A DNA stretch of 62,978 nt, filler included, from Licmophora abbreviata (Eukaryota), in NCBI GenBank assembly GCA_900291995.1. It is 18 parts of 18 records of this genome, joined end to end, with 100 filler letters (N's around TTAATTAATTAA, not from the genome) between each part and the next. Parts side by side here need not be neighbours in the genome. Positions count along the whole stretch, not along the records: positions 22,555 to 25,906 come from OLMU01003189.1; positions 26,007 to 27,244 come from OLMU01003190.1; positions 27,345 to 30,444 come from OLMU01003191.1; positions 30,545 to 33,817 come from OLMU01003192.1; positions 33,918 to 36,492 come from OLMU01003193.1; 13 more parts are not named here. One strand, given 5' to 3'. The notes below the pieces were generated by a model. The model was not told the DNA's origin. It worked only from the letters and a program-made list of their open reading frames with translations, and did no database searches. Below, in pieces: positions 23,386-35,960 of this stretch. The translations under genes and the position numbers were made by a program. Every line of letters begins with the position of its first letter. Within the stretch, counting starts at the first letter, position 1.

Positions 23386-25367
23386 ATGACCATGATGGTT
23401 GGGACTGTAGCAGCGCTCCGCGTCTCGGCAAAGAGACTGCCCCGTCGCCAGTGTTTCGTGACCAGACCCAGTCTGACTAAAAGCCGTTCCCTATCTAGTG
23501 CATCGTCTGGAAACAGCGCGGCTGAACTGTCCGACCGGTGCGATTTGAACATCGTTTCCAGGTAATTCTCATAAAGACACGTGTCGCTGATGTGCCTTTC
23601 CGTATTGTGATTGGATCAAATTAACCTCACTCCCGCTTGACCACCATGTAGTCCCTATCCTCCAATCCCTCATGGACCCTATGCACCAGTAGCGGAGTTC
23701 GTGACACGCGATTGGGAGCCATGCGAAGGCGGATACCTCAAAGACAAAGTTGCCATCATCGACGGCACGACGGGGCTTTCTCGGACATTTTCCGACTACT
23801 ATGCCACCATGACAAGCGTCGCTGCAGCACTTCGATATGATATGAACATTACAGAAGATTCGACGGTAGCTCTCTTTGCTCCCAATCATGTCGATTATCT
23901 GCCTGTTGCACTGGCGGTGTCGCTGTGTGGAGCCAAGTTAGCTCCCGTCAATCCACTCTACACTGCGACAGAGCTCGGGAATATCTTCAAATGCAGCCAA
24001 ACGTCGGTACTTGTGGCGCATCATAGTCGTATTGATATCGCACTGGAAGCAGTCAAACATAGCGGAACGACGGTCAAGCATATCGTGGTCATGACGGATC
24101 ATGATTTCGAGTCCGTGCCCACGGGGACCACTAGTTTGTCGTCACTCAAGAGCCACAGTCGCCCATTTCACAACACTGTTCATACCGTCCATGAGAATAC
24201 AGATGCGCATCCCTTTTTGCTACCTTACTCGTCCGGCACTACCGGCCTTCCCAAGGGCGTATGTCTGACGCACGCGAATATCGTTGCAAATCTACTGCAA
24301 ATGGAGGAAGTCGATGACATGGCGTTTCCGGTGGTGAGTGTGCTGATAATACCTGCTGTATCTCTTGTATGATTGTGCCGACTGTGTCAACACAGCGACT
24401 GACAAGCGGCATTTTTTCTCTACAGGATCATAAATTGATATCGCCGCTGCCGTTCTTTCATATTTACGGCCTTCTCGCGTCCATGCTTTACTGCGCTTGG
24501 AAGGGCCAGCAAGTGATAACGACATCGGGAAGATTCGATCTTGAGCAGTTCTGTCAGCTAGTGGACGAACACAAACCTCAAAGAGCGCATTTGGTACCTC
24601 CCATTATTCTTGGCTTGGCCAAGCATCCCGTTGTGGACAAGTACGATATGAGCTCGTTGAAGATGATCGTTAGTGCTGCTGCTCCACTCGGCAGTGAAAG
24701 CGAACAAGCCATCAAGGATCGTCTGGATTGTGACGTCAAGCAGGCTTGGGGCATGTCGGAATTGTCTCCCATTGGTACCTTCAACTCTGATTTCAATGCA
24801 AAATCAGGAAGCGTTGGACCTCTCGTCTCGTCCACGTACGGCAAGGTGATCGACAGCAAAGGCAATAGTCTACCAGCGAACGAGTCGGGAGAGCTGGTCA
24901 TCAAAGGCCCACAGGTCATGCTGGGATACCTCGATGAACCAGATAAGACGGCGGAATGCTTGAGCAAATCGGGTTGGCTAAGGACGGGGGATATTGCGCA
25001 CTACGATGAAGATGGCTACTTCTATATCACGGATCGACTCAAGGAGCTGATCAAGGTCCGTGGTTATCAAGTAGCACCGGCGGAGCTGGAAGCACTCCTT
25101 CTTACGAATGAGAACGTGAACGACGCTGCCGTGATACAGATTCCTGACGATGATGCAGGCGAGCTCCCGAGAGCATACGTTGTTTTGGCGGGAGGTGCAG
25201 TGTCGGCGGGGGTGTCGGAAGACGACATTTACCAGTGGGTCAAGGAGCGCGTGGCACCCTATAAACGATTGGACGGCGGTGTTGTCTTCACGGATGTGAT
25301 TCCCAAGTCGGCGAGTGGAAAGATCTTGCGACGTATTCTCCGGGACGAGTTTGCCGTCGAGCAATGA
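23386..25367 (+). CDS. 4-coumarate-CoA ligase / luciferase-like acyl-CoA synthetase; introns 23562-23651 and 24334-24425
   Basis: LPYSSGTTGLPKGV, LPFFHIYG, QAWGMSE, GELVIKGPQVMLGY, GWLRTGD, DRLKELIKVRGYQVAPAELE, PKSASGKILRR. Confidence 0.9.
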
Positions 25368-25514
25368 TGAACGAGCAGCCCTAATGATGAACACGTGCAT
25401 GTAATTTTGACCAAGGGTTACCACAAGCGGTTATGATTCCTCCGCTTGAATGCAAAATGGTATCGTCGATCTTCTGTTCTTGTCCATCATTTCAAAATCA
25501 CGCAGGCGGAACCG

Positions 25515-25906
25515 CTCATTGGCGACGGAGGTGTCGGAAGAGTCCGAGATCACGTACTACTCTCCTCTTGAAGCCAAGGTGTACCGTCTCCTCTTCCACA
25601 CCAAGCAAGGAGTGATCACGTCCAACGTTCGGGTTACCGCTGGAAAGGAAACATTGGGATGCCTCCGCGATGAAAACAACGACCATGGATAGGGCGCCAT
25701 CCTCATGTTTGACGTAACCTCTCGCACCACATAGAAGAATGTTCCCAACTGGTATCGTGAAATCGCTGGTGCGGCAACAAGGTGTGTCAACAACAGCGTC
25801 CCATATTACGACATGTCTGCCAAGCTAAACATCAATCTGCATCAGCCGTTCCTCCAACTGGCCCGCGAGGTCATTTGGAGACAACCAACTTCAGTTTGTC
25901 GAGGCT
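25515..25906 (+). pseudogene. RAN: Degenerate Ran GTPase pseudogene
   Basis: LIGDGGVG; LLFHTKQG..TAGKETLGCLRD..HG*GAILMFDVTSRTT*KNVPNWYRE; CGNKV in a shifted frame; YYDMSAKLN..PFLQLAR; GDNQLQFVEA. In-frame TAGs at 25690 and 25732. Confidence 0.85.
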
Positions 25907-26454
25907 NNNNNNNNNNNNNNNNNNNNNNNNNNNNNNNNNNNNNNNNNNNNTTAATTAATTAANNNNNNNNNNNNNNNNNNNNNNNNNNNNNNNNNNNNNN
26001 NNNNNNAAGATGAAGAATCCATCGTGCGTGGCTTTTAGTGAAGACTGATTAGGACTAAAAGTACAAGGCAGAAGTAAATACGCAATCGCAGAATTTGAAA
26101 AAGAAACGTAGAAGCAACGCCCTCTCTAGTTATCAAGAGGTGGCATAGCTGATTCCGTTGAAAGGAACTGCCATCAACACTTGTTTCTAGAAAGGAAAAA
26201 GTGCTAGATAAGATAAGACCACGATCGTATGACGCGAGACGAGTATGCCTTTGAGAAATGACTTCATGAAAGGTAGCAAGTTTTGTGCATAAAGGATTGA
26301 TTCTTATCGATGTTGAATTTTGTAGCGTCATTATCATGACACATCCCAAGAGTACAAGAAATCACACCGAAGGCAACTCTGTACGCGAGCAGCAACGATA
26401 CTTCGCATCTCACGTGTCGCCGCCTCTCTGTATCACCAAAGCGCAGTACCTTGT

Positions 26455-27009
26455 CTATATGGCGAAATCGTCAAGCACAACGTCAGGATCGGCGCTTTTG
26501 AGCCGGACGCGATCTTCCGTGGTTGTCCGATATCCACAAAAAACGCCTCGCGCAGTCGGAACAGCACCACCGTGTCCATTCGTCGCACTGTGCCCGTACG
26601 GGAACGTCGTCTCTCGCTTGGAACGGCGGCCAGGTCTGCTTCCAGCAGCAGATCCAAAGTCTTCGGACCAGTGTTCGTAGTTGATGCCCTCATCGATTCT
26701 CCTCTGCAGTTCCGAAACTGGTTCCCATTCAACAATCACAGCGGATTCTCGGGCCATCTTGGATGAACGTGGATTGGTCTGGCCGCTCCTCGCGACGTGC
26801 AGTACAACAAGAGATCTTTTTGAATGCGTGATGGGCACCGTATCTTGGAAAACGTAGCGGACAGCCCGTCCACCTCTCATCATGTCGCTCCCGGTACTGA
26901 TGGCTGGTCCCGCTGCAAAAGCCATCGTAACAGCGGGGTACAGGACGACGACGAGAGCGAGCATGATACCGACGCTGACTGCCGACGAATGGAAGTAGGT
27001 CCTGGTCAT
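26455..27009 (-). CDS. Hypothetical protein with signal peptide, probably plastid-targeted
   Basis: Hydrophobic N-terminus ending TMAF; short domain VEWEPVSELQRRIDEG..RGVFCGY..RLKSADP. Confidence 0.65.
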   Translation of the reverse strand: MTRTYFHSSAVSVGIMLALVVVLYPAVTMAFAAGPAISTGSDMMRGGRAVRYVFQDTVPITHSKRSLVVLHVARSGQTNPRSSKMARESAVIVEWEPVSELQRRIDEGINYEHWSEDFGSAAGSRPGRRSKRETTFPYGHSATNGHGGAVPTARGVFCGYRTTTEDRVRLKSADPDVVLDDFAI

Positions 27010-27670
27010 CTTTGCTGGTGAAATAAACTGTACGAAATCTCACGGAAGATTGGTAGGAAGGGCACGACAAGAAGCGTCCTTCGCGTTGATGATGGTCGAT
27101 GAAAGATGAGTGAGATGCGAGAGGGAAGAGGGAGGTTCAAAACTTCAAATCGAAAACTGAAAACTCGAAAACTCAATCGAAACTGGCGCGCTTGGATTGG
27201 CTGCCGATAATTTGAAAATATGTCCTACTGAGTCAACTAGTTCANNNNNNNNNNNNNNNNNNNNNNNNNNNNNNNNNNNNNNNNNNNNTTAATTAATTAA
27301 NNNNNNNNNNNNNNNNNNNNNNNNNNNNNNNNNNNNNNNNNNNNGAAATACGTAGAAGGTCATAGCAAAGTAGAAGTTATTTAAAAGACAATGTCTGAAG
27401 GACACCATCCGGACACTGGTCAATGTGACGCACGCTACGCCAATCTTCCACCTTTGCGCGCGTTTCGCCGAACATCGGAGCGCCACACGCATCATCTCAT
27501 CCTCAGACCACGTAAGAGCTCATGAGGCTTCCATCAACTTGAGCTCTTCTGCGGGGGTTTCGGGACCACATCAGTCGTACCATCTGTTCTCGCTTCCATC
27601 CTGATCAGCGAAACTCACATCGGACTCACTGAATCTTCTTTTTAAAAGTACTTTTCTCTTCGCAAGTAAC

Positions 27671-29367
27671 ATGAGCCACAAACGAAGGAAAATGGTAAAG
27701 TCTAGCAGTTCTGTCTGCGACTCTCTGCGATGGGCCTTGGCCGCAGCCACTATTACCACAGTAGCGTTGTCACTCTGTTCGACGGCATCAGTAGCGGCCT
27801 TCTCCGCGAGTCTCCCGCTTCACAAACGAACCTTGCTGATTCGCTCGCCAGCTATTACACGGCGGCACGCAGTGACAGATTCCGATACCCGCCTACTACG
27901 TGATGTGAGTCGACGTCGATCTGTAGACTTGGAAGCACTGGAGAACGTCTACAGCGTGTCGGCAGACTTTGAAGAACCCTCTCGAGTCGAACGGAACGCC
28001 CTGGAAACACAATCACCGTTGCCTCAACGCAAAAAGAAGTCTAGGGTTCACAGAACTCGAATGGAGAAGAGTCGTTCTTCGACTATGCCTGGCTTCGGTA
28101 CGAAACACGTCGTGGGCCGTGAAAAGATGTTTCAAGACGGGATTAGACTAGCAGAGCAGCAATCGGGGCGTCAGCTCAGTGAGTTTGTAAACAAGCCAGA
28201 GGTCAAGCAGGAACGCAGGAAGCAGAGTAGCGAAACGATGTACAGATCAAGTGCCTCGGTGCCTGAAAGCCTTGTTCGATTCGCAAACGAAATTCATATG
28301 GAAGACCGCATTACTCCGACAGAAGAAGTTGAATTGGGTGAAAAGACACAGGAAGCTATTCGTTTGCAGAATGTATACGAACATTTGCAGGAAAAGCTCG
28401 ATCGGGAACCCACCGACGAAGAGTGGTGTGCGGAGGCTGGAAAAATTAACATGGAAGCCGTTCGGCAGGCCATCGACGAAGGTCTCGACGCCAAGAACCG
28501 GCTCGTTACTTCGAATCTTCGTATGGTGCAAGGTGTTGTTAATATTTACATTCGAAACGGGCTGGGTGCGCAGTACAACGCGGGTGACATGATGCAAGAA
28601 GGAGTCATGGTGAGTGTTGTGTTGTGTATACTCTTTCGAGCACGTGTGCACTTCCACGAGACGCGTCCCTGATACATTTCATGACTGTGGTCGTCGCTAA
28701 ATAGGCTTTGATTCGCGCTGCTGAGAAGTTTGATCCGTCTAGAGGCTTCCGTTTCTCCACCTATGCCATGTACTGGATTCGGTCTGCGGTAAAGCGGTCG
28801 CAGATATTCCAGTCTCGTGCAATCCCAGTTCCGCAGCGTCTATACGAGAATCACAAACGGTTACAGAGGATAGAAAAGGAGCTCACGATTACCCTTGATC
28901 GGAAACCGCTTAATAAGGAGCTCGGTGATGCGGCTGGAATGTCAGAGAAGCAAGTTGAGCGGTGCATGAAGGCGATGGACCAGCGATGCTTCTCCTTGGA
29001 CGGGAATGTCCAAAACAAGCTAAAACCCAATAGCGGGGACTCTGACAAGAACAGCATGTATGAGCTCATCTCGAGCAAGACCGATGACAGCGAGTATGGC
29101 CAAATCAGAAGACTATTTATGCGAGAAGATTTGATCGAAACGTTGAAGCGCCACCTGCATCCGAACGAAGTCAACCTGCTGCTGCTCCGGTATGGTCTCA
29201 TGGATAGCGAATCGCATCGTGGGCGCAACAAGCCTTTGACGATCGCTGAAGTGAGTGAAATCGTCGGTCTGAAACCGGACAAGGTGCGCCGATTGATCAA
29301 CAATGCCTTGAAGGAGCTTAGACGTTTCGGCGACGAATGGCGGGACTTTGAACGAGAACTGGAATAG
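27671..29367 (+). CDS. Nuclear-encoded plastid RNA polymerase sigma70 factor; intron 28610-28704
   Basis: Signal peptide with VAAF; LVTSNLRMV, DMMQEGVM|ALIRAAEKFDPSRGFRFSTYAMYWIR; region 4 LLRYGL..LTIAEVSEIVGL..VRRLINNALKELR. Confidence 0.92.
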
Positions 29368-29445
29368 GCATGCTAAAATAACCTATCATTCTGCAAATGC
29401 GATGCAACGTGCTTCTATTCCTACTATAAGACTTTAGAAGAGCAG

Positions 29446-30857
29446 CTAGCTAGACTGTAGCTTGTAGAGCGCAAGAGCACCCGGCACACTGGACACCTCG
29501 GTCGGTGTTTCGGGCTCGCCTTCGCTGTCACTGTGCTCCTCCGGGAATCGTCGTGCACCAATCGCAACCGCGAGAAGCTCTGTATCGGATTCTTGGTGAG
29601 AAAAGTATGACACACCGTTTGCGACGTCGGCGAACCCGTCAATCGAGTCGAGGAGTTTGCTCGTTACAGTGTCGTAAACCCGCACGCACTTGTCGCGCCC
29701 ACCGATAAAGAGACGCTTCCCCTCATTGTCCAAATCGAACTCGAGCCTTTGATTCGTGTCGCTTTCCGTTGCAAAGCTTGCAATACCGTGAATAGGGACC
29801 GGAGCATGATCCGAATTGCCCGACAGCATGCGAAGATCCCATGCTAAGACTGCGTCGGATTGGCGACTGGCGCTGTAGAGTTTGAAGTCGTCGGATGGGG
29901 AGAATTGCAGCTGGGTGACCCCGCCTCGGGCACGACTCTGAAACCACTTTACTTTGGCTGACGTGAACAAGCTTTGTATATCCGTATCACCTGCATCGTC
30001 TTCGTTGGAAACGACAAACCGACGTCTCTTGCGAGAGTGACTTCGACCGTGTCCAACCACGCAGACTCCATTTAGCACTGTACTAGCTTGACCCGGCATA
30101 CGATCATCGTAGACGTAGATCGAACCAGGTGCATAGGTACCGACACAAAAGATACGATTTGTGTGACTCATTGCTGAAAAGGCCAGAGACGAAACAAGTC
30201 CCTTCTGCCCATCAGTCGATCGACGCGTCTTGCCAAGTCGCAGCACGGTACTGTCTCGTCCCGGAATGTTTGTATCAAAGACGTGAATCATGCGGTCTGA
30301 TTTGAAACCTGATGTATACACACTCTGTCCGTCAGGAGAAAATGCAACTATCGAAGGCGACTCGAGTTCGTCCAGGGCATTGAAGGGTCGATAGGTCGCA
30401 CGTATTCGGGCCGTGTAGGCATCGTAGAGATGGACCGGTTGGTCNNNNNNNNNNNNNNNNNNNNNNNNNNNNNNNNNNNNNNNNNNNNTTAATTAATTAA
30501 NNNNNNNNNNNNNNNNNNNNNNNNNNNNNNNNNNNNNNNNNNNNGCACATAGACATGCACCTACCGGCTTGCTCCTAAAAAGCAACATGTGCCAGGGTCG
30601 GAGGAGTTCATGGCGGGAAACCAGGCATAGGATCGAACCGTGTCGCCTCCACGGGCTGAGAGAGACATCTTCCAATTAGGACGATCTTCGTCCCATACCG
30701 TGTTGTAGAGACGAAGCTGGTTGTCAGCGGCGGTACTTGTCAGGACGCACAGGCCATCAGGCGAAAAGGAACATCCTTGCGGGAAGTTGCCTTCGGAGGA
30801 GATATCAGACGTCTCTGTCAAACGAACCGTAGAGGCCGTATTTTTCTCGGGGTCCAT
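29446..30857 (-). CDS. TCAB1: WD40 protein TCAB1/WRAP53 (telomerase Cajal body protein 1)-like; crosses linker
   Basis: NFPQGCSFSPDGLCVLT, YAWFPAMNSSDPGTCCF, DQPVHLYDAY..RATY..DEL, GGVTQLQFSP, TNQRLEFDLD. Confidence 0.85.
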
Positions 30858-31172
30858 TCTCAAAGTCAAAAAATTTCGCGCAAGAAGACTGGAGTAGAGC
30901 ATATCATTACAAGCGAGAGCTCAAGAGCTCAATCGAGACGACGCCTGTCCTGTTTCTCATGGTGATGCGCGTGATGGTTTCGATAAAAGGAGGTTGCGAC
31001 TAAAAATCAAAATGAGCGCGCGATGAGAAACTGTGGTCGAGCTCATAACCCTGATCATCAGCGCCATCCATCCAAATCCTTGTTAGCGCCAAACTTGAAA
31101 GTCTTTGAAAGAAGAGATCCCATTGTTCACAAAATGCTGAAGCTCGGCGACAAGTAGAAGAACGCCGAAGCC

Positions 31173-32463
31173 ATGGTCAGAAAGAGTAGCACGAAGCGCC
31201 AGAAAAGACCAAAGGGCGTGACATCACTCTCTCTGGATGACAAAGAGACAGAAGCTGGTCAAAGGTTGGACAAAGAGTCAAACACAGCGATCGACGAAGA
31301 TGCCACGCTTGCAGTAGGCGACGACGTCGACCTTGCACTTGACGACCGTGACAGAATGGAGATCGACGAAAGCAATCTTGCAAATTCTCCTCCTCCCGTG
31401 ATGAGCGATGGTCGCTATCGCAACAAGCAGCGCTGTCTGGTCCTCTGCTCTCGTGGGGTGACGGCACGCTATCGTCATTTGCTCGAAGACCTCCGCACAT
31501 TGATGCCTCACCACAAGAAGGAGTCCAAGTTAGATCCTGGAGATGATGGCATAGGGCGAGCGGTCAACGACATTGCAGAAATGAGAAGTTGCTCATCGGT
31601 TCTGTTCATGGAGTGTCGGAAGAGACAAGATGCCTATTTATGGCTCGGAAAGGTCGGTTCGTCGTCAGGACCCAGCGCCAAGTTTCATCTCAGCAACATT
31701 CATACGATGGATGAGCTGCGACTGACGGGTAACTGCATGAAGGGAAGTCGTCCCATTCTGACATTTGACGAATCGTTCGAGAAGCTGGGCCATCTCAAGC
31801 TCTTGAAGGAACTCTTTGTCGATATCTTTGGAACTCCGCGTGGACACCCCAAAAGCAAACCATTTGTCGATCGCACCATGGCGTTCTACTATGCGGACAA
31901 GAAGGTACGCGAAAGCTTTGATTTCCTTGTTGCGACTTTGCTTCGGTCTATGATTATAGCAATGATGAGCGTATATCTGACCGCCGACTATGGTGGCGTG
32001 AGAACATCTATCATTTGACTACGATGGGATGAGATCGGAGCGACAACTGTGACTGTTCTGTAGCTTTGCTGTTCTGTTGAGACGTGTTTGCTCACTTGCC
32101 CTATGTTTCTTTTCATCTTGCACTTAGATTTGGGTTCGCAACTACCAGATTCTAGAACAGCAGCCCGAAAACGCACTTGAGGCTCACTTGGCCAAGAAGA
32201 AGTCGGGTCAGGCTCAATCGACTTCTCTCGTAGAGATCGGGCCTCGCTTCGTATTGAATCCGATTCGTGTCTTTCGAGGATCCTTCGGAGGGCAAACCCT
32301 TTACAAGAATCCTGACTTCGTTTCTCCCAACGAGATTCGAGCAGCCGAGAGGCGTACCAAAGGCAACTCGTATGTGGATCGAAAAGAAAACCAGAAGAAA
32401 CGAAAGGCACGAGCCGAGGAACTTATTCTTCCTGAAGATCCATTGGACTCCGTGTTTCGCTGA
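31173..32463 (+). CDS. BRX1: Ribosome biogenesis protein BRX1 (Brix domain); intron 31905-32127
   Basis: NKQRCLVLCSRG..LMPHHKKESK, HTMDELRLTGNCMKGSRP, HPKSKPFVD, IWVRNYQI, EIGPRFVLNPIRVFRGSFGG. Confidence 0.93.
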
Positions 32464-32595
32464 GTTCCGGAGGGGCGTTGATAGGGTAGCAGTGCAGTCG
32501 TCGTCTAGAGATATCTTTTCATCCAAGTTATAACGAGGGCCGTCTCTCGTGCGTAGAGATAGGCCACATTAGCAGGAAACAAGCACTACAAGTAG

Positions 32596-34310
32596 CTAGC
32601 TATTAGCGGCACCCTTACGCTCAAAAATCAACACAAGACTTTCCGATAACCCGATCAGCTGTGGCATTGTCTCTTGAACGTGCAGGTCCTGCATCTCGTA
32701 CCATTGGCTCGTTCCATGATGTTGTACGTGGCATCTGTATGAACCTTCTTGCAATGGATCGCGTTGACCTTCCCGCCCGACTTCAGCAGGACTGTTGTGG
32801 GTAATGTTGGCCACCAGGTCGTACTTATCTGATAACATGTCTGGTAGACTTTTCGTAACAAAGTCAAGCGTCTTTTCTACTAGGTCGGCCTTTTCGACCA
32901 CTGACCGCGCAATGTCGTCTCTGCCGTACTTGGACAGTAGCGCCTTCAGCTCGCTAACGCTCATGCCCCGCACCTCGATCTCCGTTGGCGCTTTATCACG
33001 TCCTTTCGGCGAGAATACATAAGGTCTAAAATCCAGATTCTTGACGGGGAAGGCGACAATCGTTGGATTCTTCTCCTGTGAGTAGCGGTTCGTCTGGAAC
33101 CGTGCGAGATGCAGAACTAGATACTTTGGTAGCGCGAGGAGGCGGTATCGACGTTTTTGAAGCAATCCATTTCTCCCCAGAACGTCAGAGAATGTCATAC
33201 CATCAAACTTTTTCAGAACAGTCACGAGAGGTTCCTGTGGAATCACAAGACCGCCTTCGGCGTCGCGAAAGAGAGGCTTCTCCGAAATATCCAAAGTGAG
33301 TTGAAGAAAGTTTGTTTCCGTCGTGGTTTCTTCCACCATGAACGGTACAGTTTCCTCTTTTCCTTGTTGCACTGGTTCACTTTCCTCGTCGCTTCCAAGG
33401 CGGTCGTCTCCCTCTTCCTCTGCTATTTTTTTCTCCACTTTCTTTTGCCGAGTCGTTAGCTGCACCTTTCCTTGGAATAGCTCGTAAATGACACTAGACC
33501 CCGGTTTGCGCGTCCCCCCTAACCCAAGATGAAGCTGATTTAGGAGCCAAGTCATGAGTTCTCCCGCTTCAGCTTGATGTCCCACGCGATACTTCTTGTT
33601 GGATGCGACGGAAATGGCCTGGACAAGCATGTGAGGGTCGACATGGCTCTTGAATCGCTTGTCGCTCCACATTTTGCGCATGAGCTCCCCAAACGCTTGT
33701 ACAAGAGGCGACAATACCGGTGGCGGTTTCCCCTTTTTTGATCTTTTGCCAGGAAGCACAGTCGTGTCGTGACTTAGCGATAAAAAGAAGTCCCGAAGCG
33801 GCCTTACGTGTGCCAGTNNNNNNNNNNNNNNNNNNNNNNNNNNNNNNNNNNNNNNNNNNNNTTAATTAATTAANNNNNNNNNNNNNNNNNNNNNNNNNNN
33901 NNNNNNNNNNNNNNNNNGTCTCTAGCCAGACCAGTATTACTGTCTAGAGCAGAAATCTCTAACTTGTTGAAAGCCGGATGGAGCGCCGCCGAGATATCGG
34001 CGAGGGAAGCATCCCGAACTTGATAGTCGTCTGGGAGGCAATGAAATGTCCCTCTCTGTAAATGGACAAAGATAAAGTGCCCATCGTCGACACTATGTGT
34101 ATACGCTGGCGTCTGCCGACCGCGCCCTCGGAAGAACTTGCCGCAAACCAAACATCCGTAAACATGTGGACCTGACTCTAAGGATACCGAACAGGACGGC
34201 TCAAAGTCGAAATCCAGAACCGACCGATTGACGGTATCCAAATAAGGACATTCTCGCGACTCAGCTACAGGCGCTTTCGCCTTGCGCTTTCTCAGATTGT
34301 CTCCGTTCAT
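32596..34310 (-). CDS. USP39: U4/U6.U5 tri-snRNP-associated protein 2 (USP39/Sad1); crosses linker
   Basis: CPYLDTVNRSVLDFDFE..CLVCGKFFRGRG zf-UBP, FGELMRKMW, EKNPTIVAFP, WYEMQDLHV. Confidence 0.92.
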
Positions 34311-34767
34311 GCTACATTCGCCGCCTCAGGAGAGTGTATAGTGCAAATGAAACTGTAAAATCCCGAAGACAGAGCGCGGCTTTTGACAACATCGTCTTTC
34401 GTTTCTGTCCTCAAAATTTGAAGCGTGCGAAAACTTTAGAGCGCGCCTCCAAAAATGACGTGTGCGTTCATGGCTCCACTCCCACGTTCGCCAATGTGAA
34501 TCATTTCAATATCTATGACGTGTGGCAATACATAAGAGCGCTCGGGAATAACCAATGACGAGCCCTTTTCGCTTTCGACCAACACGTTACCAAACGATGA
34601 CGTTTGATGCGCGTTGTTCTCACAAACCCCCAGACGATACCAGGTATAGTATAGGATAAGCACGTTCCCACTTATCTATCGAAACTTGATCTGTTCACGT
34701 GCTCGCGGGTCCCAGGCGTCATTGAATCTGCTAGTATAGCTCAAAGACTTCATTACACAATCAAATC

Positions 34768-35960
34768 ATGGCAACGTTCGTGCCCTTGAATGACTCGAAG
34801 GCTAAATTGACTCGTTCTGATTCCCACGGGTCAAACAGCGACCTGGACTTGGACGAATCCGGCGAAGGCCTCGGATACCGCATCCAGGCGGTCGACAAGA
34901 CGAAGAAGGGCAAGGTCGTCTCTCTTTGGCACGATGTCTCACTCGTACACATGGACCCAATCACGGACGCCACTACTCCGTACATGAACTTTGTCTGCGA
35001 AATCCCCAAGTTCACGAGAAAGAAGTATGAAATAGCCACTGACGAGGAGGGAAACCCCATCAAGCAAGATGAAAAGAAAGGAACTCTCAGAGAAGTAAGT
35101 CGACTGACATTTTGCACTGGCGTCGTATAGCTGCTTTCCCGTCTCACTTCGTTGTTTCGTTCTTCAGTTCAAGAAGGGAGACATCTTCTTTAACTACGGC
35201 TGCTTCCCTCAAACGTGGGAAGACCCTACGCATATCCATCCCGACTGCCCTGGGTGTCGAGGCGATAACGATCCTCTCGATGTGTGCGATATTGGTGCTC
35301 GTATCATCCAACCCGGCGTAAGTTGCAAGTTGTAAGCTACGTTTTTTTAAGATTTTTGTGTGCACGGCGGACCTCTAAAGCAGCGCCGCTATTGCTCGAC
35401 AAACGCAGGAAATCCGCCCCGTTAAGGTTCTTGGTATTCTATGCATGATTGACGAGGGCGAATGCGACTGGAAGGGTGAGTGAGAATGAGCAGCGACTCT
35501 ACCGATGACTTATACGAATTGCCTCACACGTCAATTGCTTTTTCCCGGTTTTATTATAGTGATTGTGATCGACGCGGAGGACAAGTGGGCCCCATTTATG
35601 GATGACATCGAAGATGTCGAGACTGAGCTTCCTGGAATGCTCGACGCCATTCGCGAATGGTACCGCACGTACAAGATCCCGGACGGAAAACCTCCGAACA
35701 GGTTTGCCTTGGACGAACGTTTCATGAACAAGGCATACGCCGAAGAAATCATTCATGAATGCCACGCTGCTTGGGACGAACTCGTCTCTGGAGAGAAACA
35801 TCGTCAGATTGAAGAGATGGAAGACGATGGCGTAAAGGGCCTCGTGCGAAAACTGTCCACTGGTACTCTCTCGGCCATGGCGCATAACTTGGAGCCGCAT
35901 CCAGAAGTGCACCCGGAAGACTATGGGGATATGGACGGTGAAGATGCCCTTACCTTTTGA
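34768..35960 (+). CDS. Soluble inorganic pyrophosphatase (family I); 3 introns
   Basis: [74 protein letters not shown]. Confidence 0.92.

Noticed and set aside
26007..26400. AT-richer stretch with an 8-bp inverted repeat (CTTTTAGT/ACTAAAAG) as a transposon remnant
   Set aside because: No recognisable transposase or RT motifs, termini or target duplication; too weak to call.
27137..27187. Imperfect AAAACT(C/G) tandem repeats as a telomeric or regulatory array
   Set aside because: Only 4-5 degenerate units and not TTAGGG-like; treated as low-complexity promoter sequence.
27671..29367. Sigma70 factor (and FabF, ALB3) as bacterial contamination or recent HGT
   Set aside because: All carry spliceosomal introns and bipartite plastid-targeting leaders, as expected for endosymbiont-derived nuclear genes.
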